DNA from: the human T2T-CHM13v2.0 reference genome, Homo sapiens | NCBI RefSeq assembly: GCF_009914755.1 | Contig: NC_060932.1 | Length of the DNA stretch: 64,000 bases | Reading direction: 5' to 3' (one strand) | Part shown: positions 43,035 through 57,289 of the stretch, in pieces | How the letters are laid out: each line of letters begins with the position of its first letter | Numbering within the stretch: position 1 is the first letter of the stretch | Translations under genes and position numbers: made by a program | The notes under the pieces: model-generated | What the model saw: only the letters and a program-made list of their open reading frames with translations | Database searches by the model: none | What the model was told of the DNA's origin: nothing

Positions 43035-43350
43035 TAGCATGCTTTCACATATATTATTTATTTAATCCTTACAATAGTCCTGTAATGTAGGTATTATTAA
43101 TCTTATTTTACAGATTAAAAGACAGACCCAAAGAAAAGGGCAGAACGTGGTGGTTAAGAGTCCATGATACAGAATCTTGGGCCTGTATTCCCGCTCTTTA
43201 CTCTCTGGGTTGGGCAGGTGTCATCTTTCAAAACCTGTTTCCTCATCTGCAAGGTGGGCATCACCAGATTAATGTCATCAAAGGCAGCTGAGAGAAGTGA
43301 AGAATGCGTGAATGCATGCCAAGTAGTGAGCACAGCTCCTGGACGCAGCG
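43035..43350. mobile_element. Two adjacent, oppositely oriented MIR fragments
   Basis: 43035-43130 (-) 'attattaatcttattttacagat'. 43145-43350 (+) 'gtggtggttaagag...tgtttcctcatctgcaaggtggg'. Confidence 0.75.
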
Positions 43351-45469
43351 CGCATGAGCTAGGGCTGCTGCCCTCACCACCGCCCTCTACCAGAGCCTTA
43401 TCATGTGAAACCATAAGTGGCAAAGCTGGCACCAGTTTCTCCCATGCAACTCTGTACTCATTCCAACAAGGCGCATTTCCACAGTCACCTCCTAGATCTG
43501 CGGGCCTGGAGGATGGGGTTTTCGTCTCCTTTCCTTCCTCTGTCTCCTGCTCCTCCCAGTCCCAGTGGGCCTGGGATGCCTTGCTGTGCTTTGGATACCA
43601 CTGCCATGAGGAACGTGTGCAGCCTACCCAGAGGGTTTGGAGCCTGGAAGGCAGGTTTTCTGATGAATGTTGTCCATTGTCAGTCTGTAAGGACAGTGGC
43701 CTCGTCCTTTGTTTTTCAGGCATGTGCTGGGCTGGGCGAGGGCGAGAATGGGCCTCCCTCACTCCCTGACCTTCCCACAGGGGGTCTACTCCAGACACCA
43801 CTTGCCTGGGCAGGATATATGGGGGCTCCATCTGCCCACCCAGCAGGTGTTGCTCACTGCCACCCTCCCCTGTAAGTGTTCCCTGGACAATACCTGCAGT
43901 ATCTTCACCTCTGAGGCTGGGCCCCAGTGTGGAGGAGGGACAGGGTACGGAGACCACCTGACCTCCTTTATGCAGAGATGATTTACAAACTCGTGTGGGA
44001 TGGAGGGCCCAGTGCTTATTTCTTTATAGCTGAGAACAGCTGACAGGTTCACATTAGGGGGATCATGATCACATTTCCTTCAAGTCTTACTGTTTGAAAA
44101 GGGGTTAATTCCAGTTAATATCAAAAGAGGAGGCTGGCAGAAACAGAGAGGGGAAGAACATGCATGCCATCCCCCACCCCCCACCTCTCTCTCCTTTCTC
44201 TTTTTTAAAGCATAAAAGCCAGGAAGTCAAGCAAAACCAAAAACAACCCAAAACTTATAAAACACAATCTTTAGAGTCCTTGTATTGATCACATACGTTT
44301 CTCTCGGGGTGTCATGCCAGCTTGTTTGGGAGCTTTGCAGAGTCTTGCATTTTCTACTCCTGATGTAGGGAGTCTAAGCAACAGCACCTCCCTGGGATTA
44401 TGTAGCCCCATCTGTCTTTACCCTGCAGTCAGACCCATGAGTAGTTTCAGTTTGCACGAGCTGCTCGCAAGGAGTGGGCATTTGCTGTTTCTGACACAGA
44501 GAAGAGTTACAAGAAGTGGAGGGAGAGGGACGCTTGTTCCTGAGACGCAGCCCAGGCCCGCTCACTGCTAGGCAGCCCTGGCTGCAGCTAGGGCCAGGTC
44601 TTCTCTTATCATGCTTTACTCCAGACAAAGGGAAAGTCTTTAAAAACACAAGCTTTGTTTTCGTAGTCCCCGTGAAAAGCTCACAGATATGTCACGGAAA
44701 CGGAAACAAAGCTTTTAAGAAAAGTTGCAGATTTTGAAAGTCAAATTTCCAATTTCCATGTAATTTTAAAATCCAAGTTACTTGCATATGTGGCAGTTTA
44801 TTATAGCACTGGGAATTCAGGAAAGCTTATATTTAGGTGCTCAGATGTCATTTCAGATCTTTAAGTTGGTCTGCAGGATGAGATGCAGTAGAAGCAGAAA
44901 CACACAGGTTATCCTTTTACTCCCACCCCATCCCTCACTCCCACTCCAGACCATGAGGAAGCAGGGCAGGCTCTTCTGAGCCCCAGGCTCGGATCCTCTG
45001 GGGCAGGGCTGTCTGTCACTTCATCTGTTCATTCCTTTCCTTCCTACGAGATCCCAGCTCAGTGAGGACAGCTTTCAACACCCAGCACTCAACATAGCGC
45101 CTGGCCCATGGCAGGTGTTCAGTAAATCCTCCTGGAAGGCAGAAAGGAAGGACATTCGGTGGCTGTGGCATGAGGTGTGGACGTCAGCCTGAAGAACATG
45201 AGAACTGCAGGCACAGAACGAGGCTCTCAGATTCCTGCAGCCTATGGGTGGGCTCAGTGAGGGGTGGTGTGAGGATGGAGCCAAGGAAGTGTGGAAGGAC
45301 CTCCCTGGCAGGGGGAGGTTAGAGGAACCCACTGGAGGAAGGAGACAGCAGGCTGAAGCCTAGGGAGCTAGATCAGAAGACCTGCCGAGAATCGCTGCTT
45401 CCCTGTGAACCAAGTGTGCCTGGTCTGGGAAGCCTGCTTTTGGTTTTGAGATGTGAGATGCTTATGGGT

Positions 45470-45690
45470 AACGCTGAACATGGAGTTGAGAACTCAGGCA
45501 GCTTGGGGCCTGTGCAGCACCAATGAGTTGTGTCTGGTTTTGTGCAGATTACAGAACTCTAAGCTTCGGTTTCCACATTTCTAAAATGGGCATTGAAATC
45601 GAACCACCTCCAGGATTCAGTGAGGAAAATGCATGTGGAGTGTTTATTTGAGAACCTGGTCTACATTAAGTGTTCAGTTAGTGAGAATTG
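45470..45690 (+). mobile_element. MIR fragment
   Basis: 'ctctaagcttcggtttccacatttctaaaatggg...acctggctacattaagtgttcag'. Confidence 0.7.
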
Positions 45691-48600
45691 CCATCAAGGT
45701 CTTAACTGTTAATGGACTTTACTGCGTGGAGGAGAAGCTTTGGTGGTGAAGGAAAGGTTGAAGATTAGCAGGGAAAGGAGATGATGGATGGAGAGAGGCC
45801 TGCACGGGTGTGGGTGGGAGGGACAGGCTGGGTGCAGAGAGCAGAGAGGAGGGCAAGGTGTAGCTGCGTGTGGGGTTCCCTTTGCCTCCCCTCCAGTCTC
45901 GGCATTACTCTCCTTCTGCAGAGCCTTTGTGGCACGCGAGAAAGGCGAGATTCCATGCACATCCTGGGATCAGAGACCCTCGAGCACTCCCAGGACCACG
46001 TCTGGGTGTGAATGAAGTGTGCCTTCAAGTGCATATGTGCATGGGTGTGTGTACGAGTCAGAGGCTGAGGACAGGAGGAAAGTCTGCAAAGCCATTGGGC
46101 CTTTCACTTCTATGCCACATTCCTCTCCATTTCCCTCCCAAACTCTTGGAAGACCGTTCATGTTTGGCACAGGTAATGGGCCTCAGAGGGACTGTGACTC
46201 ACGAGAGCTGTGAATCAGGTGGTTTTTGGACCTCTCCTGAGCCACACCTGGCTCTGCACTGGGGGCACTCGGTGGCCTGTAGGCCCTGTTCCTGAACACA
46301 GGCATCGGCTGGGTGAGCCGCTTCTCCAGTTTTCTTTCCATCAGAGTTGGCACCTCTACCACATGTGTGATTCAGAAAGCAAGACCCGTTTCTCGGTAAG
46401 CAGCCTGACATGTGGCACACATATACAAAGAATTCATACACGGACGGGAGGAGGAGCCTTTGCTGCACACTTGGATCACTTTTCATATGATGCGAGCAAA
46501 AATCCTCACGCACTCATCTTTATATTTAGGAGGTGATTTCACATTTCCAGAATCCTTTTGCAGTAGTCCCAATTGCAATGATACATCCTTCTTCTATGTA
46601 TTAATGAAAAGAGAGGGGTAGTTCTTAGGATACAAATAAAGGAGGAGAAACAAGGGAAGTGTGATCATGAGGAATAACCTCTCCCATCCCTGTCCCAGTG
46701 AGATGGTCCATATACTGTTGACTCTAAGTTCATTCACCTCCGTTTCCAACTTTCTTTCTTGCTAGGTTCAGATTGTCAATAGCCGATTTAAATTTCATCT
46801 CGGAAGTTCTAAAAAAAGAAGATTTGGGAGTGAATTACCCAGGGCATCTCAGGGTTTCCATGGCAAAAACGCATGTGGGGGGTACGATTCCGGTGCCAGG
46901 CCTGCTGACTCCTTCAGACTCCAGGATTCATTAAATATTTTAAAATAACAGAACAAAGAATGCTTATGGCAAAAGTCTGCTAAGCACTGATGTTTGTTAG
47001 GCCAGGAAGGGCTTTCCCAAGAATAACACAGAGCAGCCTCATGGCGGAGTAGAGAAATCCAGGCGAGGCTGTTCCTTCTGGCCTTGCGGTTAATCTTTTG
47101 TCCATGAGTCTGTGGGTAAAGGCTCCAGTGGCTTTGCTTTCTGAAGAACAGACACAGTGTACTAGGACTTGTGTTTTACTGCTGTGTTTTTTTACAGGGA
47201 ACAAGGACACCGTGTAGACTTGTGAAGCCTGTAAAATACCAAATTGCATTTGGCAGCATGCAATCCTGAAGATGGGAGTATAACCTTTCTTTATCCCAGG
47301 GGGAATTTCCACAACTTGTGATGATTTATATAGCTGGGGTCTTCTGTGCTTAATGTAAAGGATTTTGCCCACTCTGAAGCTCCTCTGTAGCCTGAGGTGC
47401 GGCCTGTAAGGGGAGAGCCGGAGGCCAGCTGTGGGCTCAGTTCCCTGAGGCCCCCGAGCAGGTGGTTTGAATTCTACTGACAGGTGTTATCTACTTCCTG
47501 TGTCAAGGACAGCAAGCTTGCTCTCTGTTGCACAGATACTGGAAACAAAATATTTCTTTTTAAGGAAAACTTTTCAAAGCCAAGCAGATTTATTTCTACC
47601 ACAATCTGGAGGCTAATTCCCTGTGTGATGTTTGTTACAGCCTTAATTACACAATATCAAAAGTGCTAGCTCTGCACCTCACAATGTGCCTGTGGAATCA
47701 CTTGATTTGTTTTGGCCCAACTCTTCTCGCTTGCTCAATAATATGAATCTTGGCAAAGAAAAGGGAGCCAGAGTCCAAGTTCATATGACTTGGAGTTTGC
47801 AACCCAAGGATATGTGAGGTCTCTGTGTATGTGCATGTGTGTGCATGTGTACATATGCATGTGCGTGCCCGCTCACTTACCACCTTTCAAACAGCTCTGG
47901 AAGTTGGGTTACAAAAATATTTAATTTGTATATATTGGGGAAGAAAAAGAAAGGAACAAGATGGTGAAGCAGTGACCAGGTGTCTACACTGGCTGCAAAG
48001 GGTGCTTGCCGAGGGCTGTAGCTCGAGCAACCCCAAGCCCAGGCAGAAACCAGCACCAGCCTGACAAGTAGCACCCAGGGGCAGGGTGGGGAGAGCAGGG
48101 CCCACACCCTCTGGCATCCTTCTGCACTCTTGTCATGGGCATTTTGGCGCTCTTGTCACCTGCAGAACTCTGTGGTATGTTTGACACCAATAGGGGCATG
48201 ATGGCCACTGGTTCTAGAGAGGTTTCAGGAGCATTTGCAATAAGGGCCAGGGGATATCAGATGACAGGCAGCTCCAGACCAATGCTGTGGATGGCACCTA
48301 CTCCTTGGGTGGAACGTCAGGGGTCTTCATCCAGAACCGACCTTCTTCAAGGTCATGACACAGCAAGACTCAGCCGGGAGGGTGAGCAATGACAGTATCT
48401 GATAGGGAGTATACATGCGTGAGAATTGAGGGTTTTTTTAGTTGATTCAAGTTATTAAAAAATTTTTTATTAGCTGGTCTAAAGTTTGCACATTCCAAAA
48501 TGTGTTGGAAGGAACAAAATAACTTCCGGAGAATTGAGGTTTGGTGCCAAACACTTACAAGGGGAAAATGCACAGGGGTTTTTGGAAGACAATTCTGAAA

Positions 48601-50425
48601 GTGATTCTGTAGCAACTAGTTTATAAACTGCTTTTGACCAGAGAGAAGTAAGTATAAAGAAATCTCAATAAATTCATTATTTTGAAATAATTTATGGTTT
48701 TTATATCTATTTCTAAAATGTACTCAAAGACAGGAAACAATCTTCTCCAGCAAGATGAGAGGATGAGAAAGGTTTACAGAGCACTCAAGGATAAAGAGAC
48801 CTACTGAAATCAAAGCACAAAGTGAGTCATAAAATAACTAAAGTTTGTATTCTACTTTAAAGTTTAAAAATTCTTTAACATGCAAAGAGGATGTTTGGGC
48901 ACAGGAATAAAAATTAAATGTTGAATAAACTTCTCTTCCTTTCTGCACAAATTTTGGTGCTCCTAATTTCTTTGATTGTGAAAGTAACACTATTGAAAAT
49001 TTAGGAAAAGAAGCATTAAAAAATGAATTCAAAATCACTGCTCCCATGACATAAAGATAATAGACCATGATGCACATTTTGGAATGTTTACTTCTGGTTA
49101 AGGAAGTGTCTAACTACAAAAGGGGAATCATGTTGTTCTGTACCCACTTTTTAAATTTACATCATGGTACAAGCATTTCCTCATGCCGTTAGATAATTTT
49201 TACAATCATGAGAGGAGACAGGGTAACCGTTCAAATCTCTGGTTCCATGATGATTTCATCATGCAGCCTGAGCTCTCACTCCCCCGGCTGCCAGCTTCCG
49301 GGTCCTCTATCAAATGGCAACTGAATAATAGGACCTTCCTCCAACTGTTGTTACATCATTGCTATTCCATGAACTCTGTTAGTGGGTATAAAGGCTTGCT
49401 GATACCATGCACCTGCACCTGTGAGCTACTGTTCCGGATGGTGAATGGCTGCATAGTGCTCCGTCTCATCAAATCATCTGCATCCTGATTCTGAAGACCA
49501 CCTTTCTGTTGTTCACAATGGCTCACCCAAATAAAGAACACTGTCTTGAATATTCCCACACATAATGCCTGGGGTCCTCTCTGCTTTCTTCATTGAACCC
49601 CCACCCCTCCAGAGCAGGTTCTTGGAGTGGATTGCTGCATGGCTGTCTAGAACTGCGCTAGGACTACCTTAACAGCTTGCCATTTTCGTAAACAAATACT
49701 TTTCCACTTTTCCAGGAAGAGTTTCCCGTTTCATAATATTTATCTCACCACGCTGTGATGGGAAGTGTGTGCCTGTATTTTCATGGATATGAAGGTCTGT
49801 GTGGAAAACAGAGGGTGTGTTTGTTTTAGGCGGTCTCGCACCTCCAAGCCCAAGATCCGCAGGAGCACTCAATAGTTTGTTCAATGAACAAGTTGAATCC
49901 TCAAGTCATTTTAAGTGAAATGGCTTTAGATGTGCCAGAAAAGTGTTCATTTCCAGGATGTTTGGAAAAGAATTTGTTCAGAAATCACCCTAATTATGAT
50001 GACCTCCTTTCTACCGGGACGCCCACGGCTGCTCCAACACCACTTTTTCCTCTCGGCCATCCCCTTGGCCCTTTCTCTCATCCCCCAGACCCCAGGTTTC
50101 ATTTCCAGCTGGTTCTTTCTATTCTGCTAGAGCACCAAAGCCTACCTTGTCCACCACAACAGCCAAAATAAGATACAACTCCAGTGCTTCTGTCACACTG
50201 GTCCCATTCTGGGTGCTCAGTGGGCACCACCAGGGATGGCGCAGAGAGAGGGCGTTTCCCAGGGAGCAGGGGGTCAGCTGGATGGTGCTGGGCTGTGGGC
50301 CATTGGGAGGCCCTCCCATATCACTGCATCACCTCCTCAGGGAAGGCTGCCTGGGCACAGTCCCATCATAGCCCTGTATACTTCTTTATGAAATGTATGA
50401 CAGTTTAGATTCATCGTTCACTTGA

Positions 50426-50736
<311 letters not shown>

Positions 50737-53218
50737 TGACCATCTTTTTACATGTGATTCCTCTGGCATTGAAACTCCCCAAATACAAGGATTATAATTG
50801 CTTTATTCATGGCTGTATTTCTGCATCTAATCTCATATCTGGTATATGGCAAGTTCTCAGTGCTTAGGGAAAAAACGGAGGGAGGGAGGAGGGAGGGAGG
50901 CCATGTGGAGGCAGGCCGCTGCCTGGAGTGGAGGCATTGTCTTGAGTTGGTTCAGGAAATGTGACATTGCCTCATGGTTCTGCAGTTGTGGCCGCTGATG
51001 TGGGCAGAGGATGACTGGCAGTTGATCAGAGAGGAAGGAGCAGATCCCCAGCTTGCTTTCTCTTCCAGCTCCCCAAGGAGCTGAAACCTGAACTGGAGGA
51101 GGAAACTGGAGAGGTTTGGGTTGGATGGGAATCTATGTTCTCTTGACAATGTGGTTTGAACACTTCAGTCTTAGGAGGTGTCATGAATAAACACATGTAC
51201 ATGCTACTATGTATTTTTTTTTTTAGACTCTAAAACTCCTCAGCTTGGGTTGGAGATGTTTTCTAAATATGTGTAGTAACTTAAGCTCTTGGTAGTGTGG
51301 TTGAGAAAAGAATGGATGGTAAAATCCTATCCTAGATTTGTTATTGTCTAACACTGAGACCTATTCTAAATTGTTAGCCTCTGTGGGTTTCAGATTATCA
51401 AATGGAAAGTAAAATGAAAACCTGGATGTGATGCACTCTGGAAAAGTGTGTGTGTGTCTGTATATATATAATTTTTTTTACAAAAACACAATGTGTTATA
51501 TACATGCATGGAATGCAAGAAATACATATATTCTCTATATATGACAGTACAGAAACACTTGCAATATATTCTATGAAAATATGGCCTTACAGAAACACTC
51601 ATAGTCTTTTCTATGCGCATATGGCATTAGAGAAGCACTCAGACTTCTATGATGAATCTCTCACTCATAAACTACTGAGTGTTCCTTTAGTGTATTTAGA
51701 ATCCAGTCACATTTCCCTTGCACCCTTCCTGGAAGTGCCTGGAACTCATGAAGACATCATTGCATCATTTGGTGATTTCCTTGCCCTTCACTCATGTCCA
51801 GAGGGTGCCTCATCTGAGGTTGCTTTGCTCTGGACTTGCTAATTCTAAGTCAGACACCAGATTGTCCAAGCACTGCCCTCTGCCTCTCCAGTGAGTCAGG
51901 AGAAGGGAGCTGGTGGGTAGGAGACCACAGAGGACTGGTTGGGCGGCTCTGGGTGCCTCCAGAGTGAGGGGCAGCAGGATGGCCCTCGGGCTTGCATAGG
52001 AAAGAGGGCACTGCTGCCTCTTGAGTGTGCAAGGCCCAGGGTGCGTCTCACATTCCCACTCCACCTCGCGCCCTGGGCCGTTGAGACCATCTGGAATGTC
52101 TCACATCTCCCGGAATTTCTGCTAACCAAAACAATTTTGCTGGTCAGCCAGCTTCACAGACAGGCCACTGCATAGTCAGGCCCATCACTAATATATTAAA
52201 TATAGCACCCAGTTTCCCAGACACAGGCGGTTCCTTCCTTCTTCCTCTCTTCCATTAACTTTGCAGCATTCCCATGATGACTTAGGGTAGAGTTTTGTTG
52301 CTTATTTCAAACCAGTTTTAAGGCATGCATTTCTTCACCCTCCACCCTTGGGGTTTTTCCCTTTAATAAATGTTTATGAGAATGCACTGTCAACTCCAGG
52401 AACCTCAGAGAAGGGGGCCCAGGCTGCCAGGAGGTCGTGTGCTGTGTCAGGGGAAAGAGCACACTGGTTAGCACTGTCCTTCTGCTGTCTTGCACCCATG
52501 CTGCCATTCCAGGACCCTCAAAGGGAGTGCCTGTCCTGCAGAACTCTCATTTCTTTACTAAAATATCTATAATTTTCCTTTAGATAATATTTGAAGCTTA
52601 GAGGAAGGTTGATGTCAGCTCCTATTTTTTTCCGAACTAATATTAACCTAGCCTTAATTAAGGAACTTGAAAAGAACAACTGCACATGGCCCGGCATTCA
52701 CCTGGTCATTATTCAAAGGGCAAGGCTAGTGTGGAAATGACGCTGAGGCCATGAACTAAGCTAAACATGCCAGGAGATGCGTGCTCCACACCGACTCTGA
52801 CTCTCCTGCACAACCTGAAAGACACTGGAAAGAAACGTGGACGGGAACGTTCACCTGAACTGTCCAGGCTTGGCTTTATGGTCGGTCATAATTTAAAATG
52901 TATTTTATATCTATTAACTTATTGTCTATAAATTTGTTTATTCACAAAACATTTATTCGGTGCCTGCTCTGTCTCAGGTGTTGTAATAAACTGTGGCAAT
53001 GAAAAGAAATTCAGAATTCCTCCCATATCAGTAGGGAGACAGGCTGACTCTAGTAGTAGCAATTAGTAGCAGAGTGAAGGAGGGATTTGAAAGTGTGTGT
53101 ACACAAATGAGCAACCTGAAAGACTTGGGCCGGACCATCAGACACAGAATCGGTTGTAAGCACGTGTCCTTTGTCATCAAGAACTGGCACAAGCTTTTCT
53201 AAAATGGTGGAGAAATAA

Positions 53219-53575
<357 letters not shown>

Positions 53576-53889
53576 CCGGCATTTATTTATTTTTAAAAAA
53601 TTTTCCCAAAGGAGAGAGAATATAGGATATTGGGCATCCTCTATATGAAACCCTGTGATGAAGCATTTTATGAAGTCAGGAATTAATTGTCATTCCAAAC
53701 CTTTGCCCCCATTTGTATGTTTATTATTTTAAAATCAGATTTTCATAAGCATGAGCATGCTATATATCTAGATCTACATCTATCCATATCTATAGCTGTT
53801 GCAAGAATATAAGTTACTATTCATTTAGTTAGGCAAAAGATTCTGTGAATATAAGGCTAAGACAATAAAAGTAGAAGATTGTAAGTGAT

Positions 53890-54150
53890 AGAGTTCCTAG
53901 TGGCTTTGCAACTAGACCTGTTTGGCTTGAATCCAACTTATGCTTTTTAGCTTGTTTCCTCAACTGTAAACAAACAAACAAACAAAAAAACCAAGTTATT
54001 AACTACTTTCTAGGTTTGTTGTGAAAATTAAAAGTAAGTTTATTCACAGAAAGCATTTAGCAATGTACCTGGCATTTAGTAAATGCTTACTACATACATG
54101 GTACCTTATTTTACTGTAGCAGGTTTTAAATGAGGTAATGTAAGCAGAGC
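53890..54150 (+). mobile_element. MIR fragment(s)
   Basis: 'tttcctcaactgtaaa', 'aaagcatttagcaatgtacctggcatttagtaaatgct'. Confidence 0.7.
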
Positions 54151-54665
54151 ATCTAAACGAGAGATCTGTCAGTGGATCAGCAGAGAATAGGAGCCTTTGC
54201 TTTCACCCAATTACATGTGATTGCAATGTGGGGTTTTATTTCTCCATATTTTTTCCTGAATTAGGCAATCTTCCTCATTATCTTGTGCTTGATGACACCA
54301 TTCTCGAGGAAACACTAGTTTTTGAATCTCTTAGATAGATAAGTAGAAAATAACTTCCAGATTGACTTAACTCCAATTCTCTCCAGCATGGGTACTTTTT
54401 CTGGCTGATGGTCCCCAGTAGAGACAGTGGGGGATCCACCTTCCACGTTCTGCTCAGGTGAGGCAAGGAAGCCACACAGCTGGGCTTTCCTGTCCTCAGG
54501 AAAAAGAGGGGTCACATGCCGCTCACCACCGTGTCACCTCCACAGTGGCTGGGGTGGAACTGAGCTGCTGGTGCTGACTCTGAGGATATCCTAGACAGAA
54601 TGCTTTATTCTGACGTAGTGCCAACTGTTTCACAGGACCTCAGACTCCTTCTAGACCAGATCTAG

Positions 54666-54828
54666 AGCTTCGCCATACAATAGGATGGTCACTAGCTGCA
54701 GATGGCAATTTACAGACAAATTAATTCATATCAAATAATACTGACAATTGAGTTCCTCAGTCACATTGGCCACGTCTCAAGTGCTCAGTAGCTGATGTGA
54801 CGAGTGGCTCCCTATTGGAGAGCACTGA
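54666..54828. mobile_element. MER3 hAT-Charlie DNA transposon
   Basis: 'agttcctcagtcacattggccacgtctcaagtgctcagtagc...tattggagagcactg'. Confidence 0.8.
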
Positions 54829-55861
54829 AGTGGAGCTTTCGGTCGTCACAGAGCATTCATGGGGCAACCTCAGTCTCTGGATGCTTACTCCATTGTTAGT
54901 TTGGGACAGTTTGTGCTTAAGATCAACAAATTCAAGATGCCCCACATCAAGTTCAACTTCTGTTTATGCCACACAGCACATCGAATCACCTTTCTTTCTT
55001 TAAAAGCTGACAATTTCACTTTGGGTCAGATTGTATTTTTGAATTCCCTTTTCCATCTTCTTCACTGAGCATCTGTGAAATAACCCAAGTGGCAAAGGCA
55101 TTTCAAAACTTGGAGCAAAATGGAGATAAAAGGAATCTGTCTGAAAGAGTCACAGAAATCCAGAGCTAAAGCCCTCGGAACAGTCACAAAGTCTGCAGGA
55201 GGCAGCTGAGACAGCCTGGAGTAAACTCTCACCAAAGACAGGAGCCTTCCATGTACACTGCGATCGGCACCAGCAAAGGAAGTCTTGGGTGAACGTGATG
55301 AATATGCAAGTCTAGAAGAATGCCATGCCTTCAGCCAGAACAGAGGAAAATCCTTTCATCAGCTAAGAGACACCTCAGAACAGACTTCAGCAGAGCTTCC
55401 TACACTCTGCATTGGAATTCTCTCTAGCTTTATTTTCTTAGATATGTAAAAGACAGTGCCCATATTCAGGAAATACAGTATTACATAATTAATCAAGATC
55501 CTTCATCTTGTTAAAGAAAAACAGAAATCTTTGCAGTTCACCTGAGAAATGAAAAAAATGAGGAAAGAAAAAAATCCTTGGTAAAAGAAAATGGAAATAT
55601 CTTAAATCTAGGATTCAATGAATATTATTTAGTTGTACATTATTTTATTCTCTGTATCCCTTGAGTTCTTAATAAATATGATTTTGAGATGTAAGCTCTT
55701 TTTTTCCTTTTGTCAATAAACTTATCTTAGGGGTGACTTATAATTTCTTCAAAATAGTTGTACATGGAGGTATTTTAGTTTTTGGAATTGCAGAGTCATG
55801 TGGAAAACTGAACCATTTTCCTATAATTGCAAGCAACTTATATTTTGAGACACATCAGGTA

Positions 55862-56143
55862 ATACATATGTTATATATAATACATACAACATATATAATG
55901 TGTGTGTGTATATGTATGTGTATATATATGTGTGTGTGTGTATATATATATATCTACAGCAGACTTGGAGAAAAAGAACATTAAAAGCAGACCAGGTGAA
56001 TGAGTTTGAAATGGCACACGGAACTAGAAGAGAGAAAAGGTTGCAATTACTGCTCAAACAAGTTCATACATATATATATACACACATAAACATGTATATA
56101 AAACATATATACATACATATATATATATGTATATATATATATT
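55862..56143. repeat. Compound (TA/TG/CA)n microsatellite interrupted by a 111-bp insert
   Basis: TG/TA run to 55953, insert at 55955-56065, then a CA/TA run. Confidence 0.92.
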
Positions 56144-57089
56144 CCCTGATATTCCAGTAAGCATTCGATAAATATGTGTTGAGTAGATGAACTGTTGGGC
56201 CCTAGTGGAATGTAACTAGAATGAGAAGTAAGCTCAGAAATTTCATGTACAGTCCCTATCCCATAGGGTCTTGGTACATAGGAAAACCTGATAGAATTGG
56301 CTGACCTGTAAATCAGTGATGCTCAAATTCAGGTATAGTTAGAATTGTAAAGGCACACAGCCCAGCTCCAACATCAATCAAGCAGAATCTCTGGGCAACT
56401 GCCTTTCTGTGACAGTTTTCCAAATGACTCTGCTGCTCCATGAAATTTTAGGACTTATTGCTATTGTTGAATCAGGTGACTAATTTCAGGGATCTAAAAA
56501 GGCCTTATGATCCATCATCTTTTCCTTCATCTGCCCACAATCCCCCAGCATTGGCCAACATGGCAAACTCCCATCTGAGTACCTTGGAACTTAATCAGTG
56601 TGGGGCAGAGAACCTGGAACGGATAGGCTGTCCGGGAACAGTGACAGGACGGCTGAGGTGAGAGAAAGGAGACAGGCCAGCTGTTTCCTGACGCCCTTGC
56701 TCAGTACAAGCACTGAACCTGAGATCTCGGTAGGTTTGTATGGATCTGCAGAGATCGCCCTAGGTTGGGTTGCTATGGGAGCAGGTCTTTAACTGGAGGA
56801 GTTCTGAGAACGTTTTACCCTCTCTGGATCCATGAGGAAATTCTGGAGGGCAGACACGTTCTGTCTCTAGCTTAGCTCTCACTCGTTAAGGTGGGTCTGC
56901 CACCGCTGAGGTGCCCCCTTGGGTGGTCTGTGAGACTCCTGCAGCAGCTCTGCACGACTTCTGGGGTCCACAGTCCAGGACAGATGTGAAGTTTTGGCAT
57001 CAACATATTCTTGGGAGGCTGCGTCGTCCTATCACAGTTAAGAAAGAATTATTTCGTGAGTTTTACCTAGCAGTTTACATAAATCAGTT

Positions 57090-57200
57090 TACAGCAGATT
57101 TGGAGAAAAAGAACATTAAAAGCAGACCAGGTGAACGAGTTTGAAACGGCACACGGAATTGGAAGGGAGAAAAGGTTGTGATCACTGCTCAAACAAGTTC
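57090..57200 (+). repeat. Presumed source of the 111-bp dispersed direct duplication
   Basis: Ungapped match to 55955-56065 with 9 mismatches (counted by eye). Confidence 0.95.
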
Positions 57201-57289
57201 TTCCTTCCCTCCAAGAAATGAGGCGTGGGCTGTGGAACCCATTGCGGCTAATCGTAAACAGGTGCATCTTAAACATAGGATGCCAACCT

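Noticed and set aside
43154-43957. Longest ORFs (267 aa on -, 201 aa on +)
   Set aside because: They overlap MIR sequence, are open on both strands in GC-rich DNA, and have no recognisable domain.
55060-55450. Purine-rich, coding-looking stretch (possible processed pseudogene)
   Set aside because: Frames are short, with no recognisable protein and no poly(A)/TSD.
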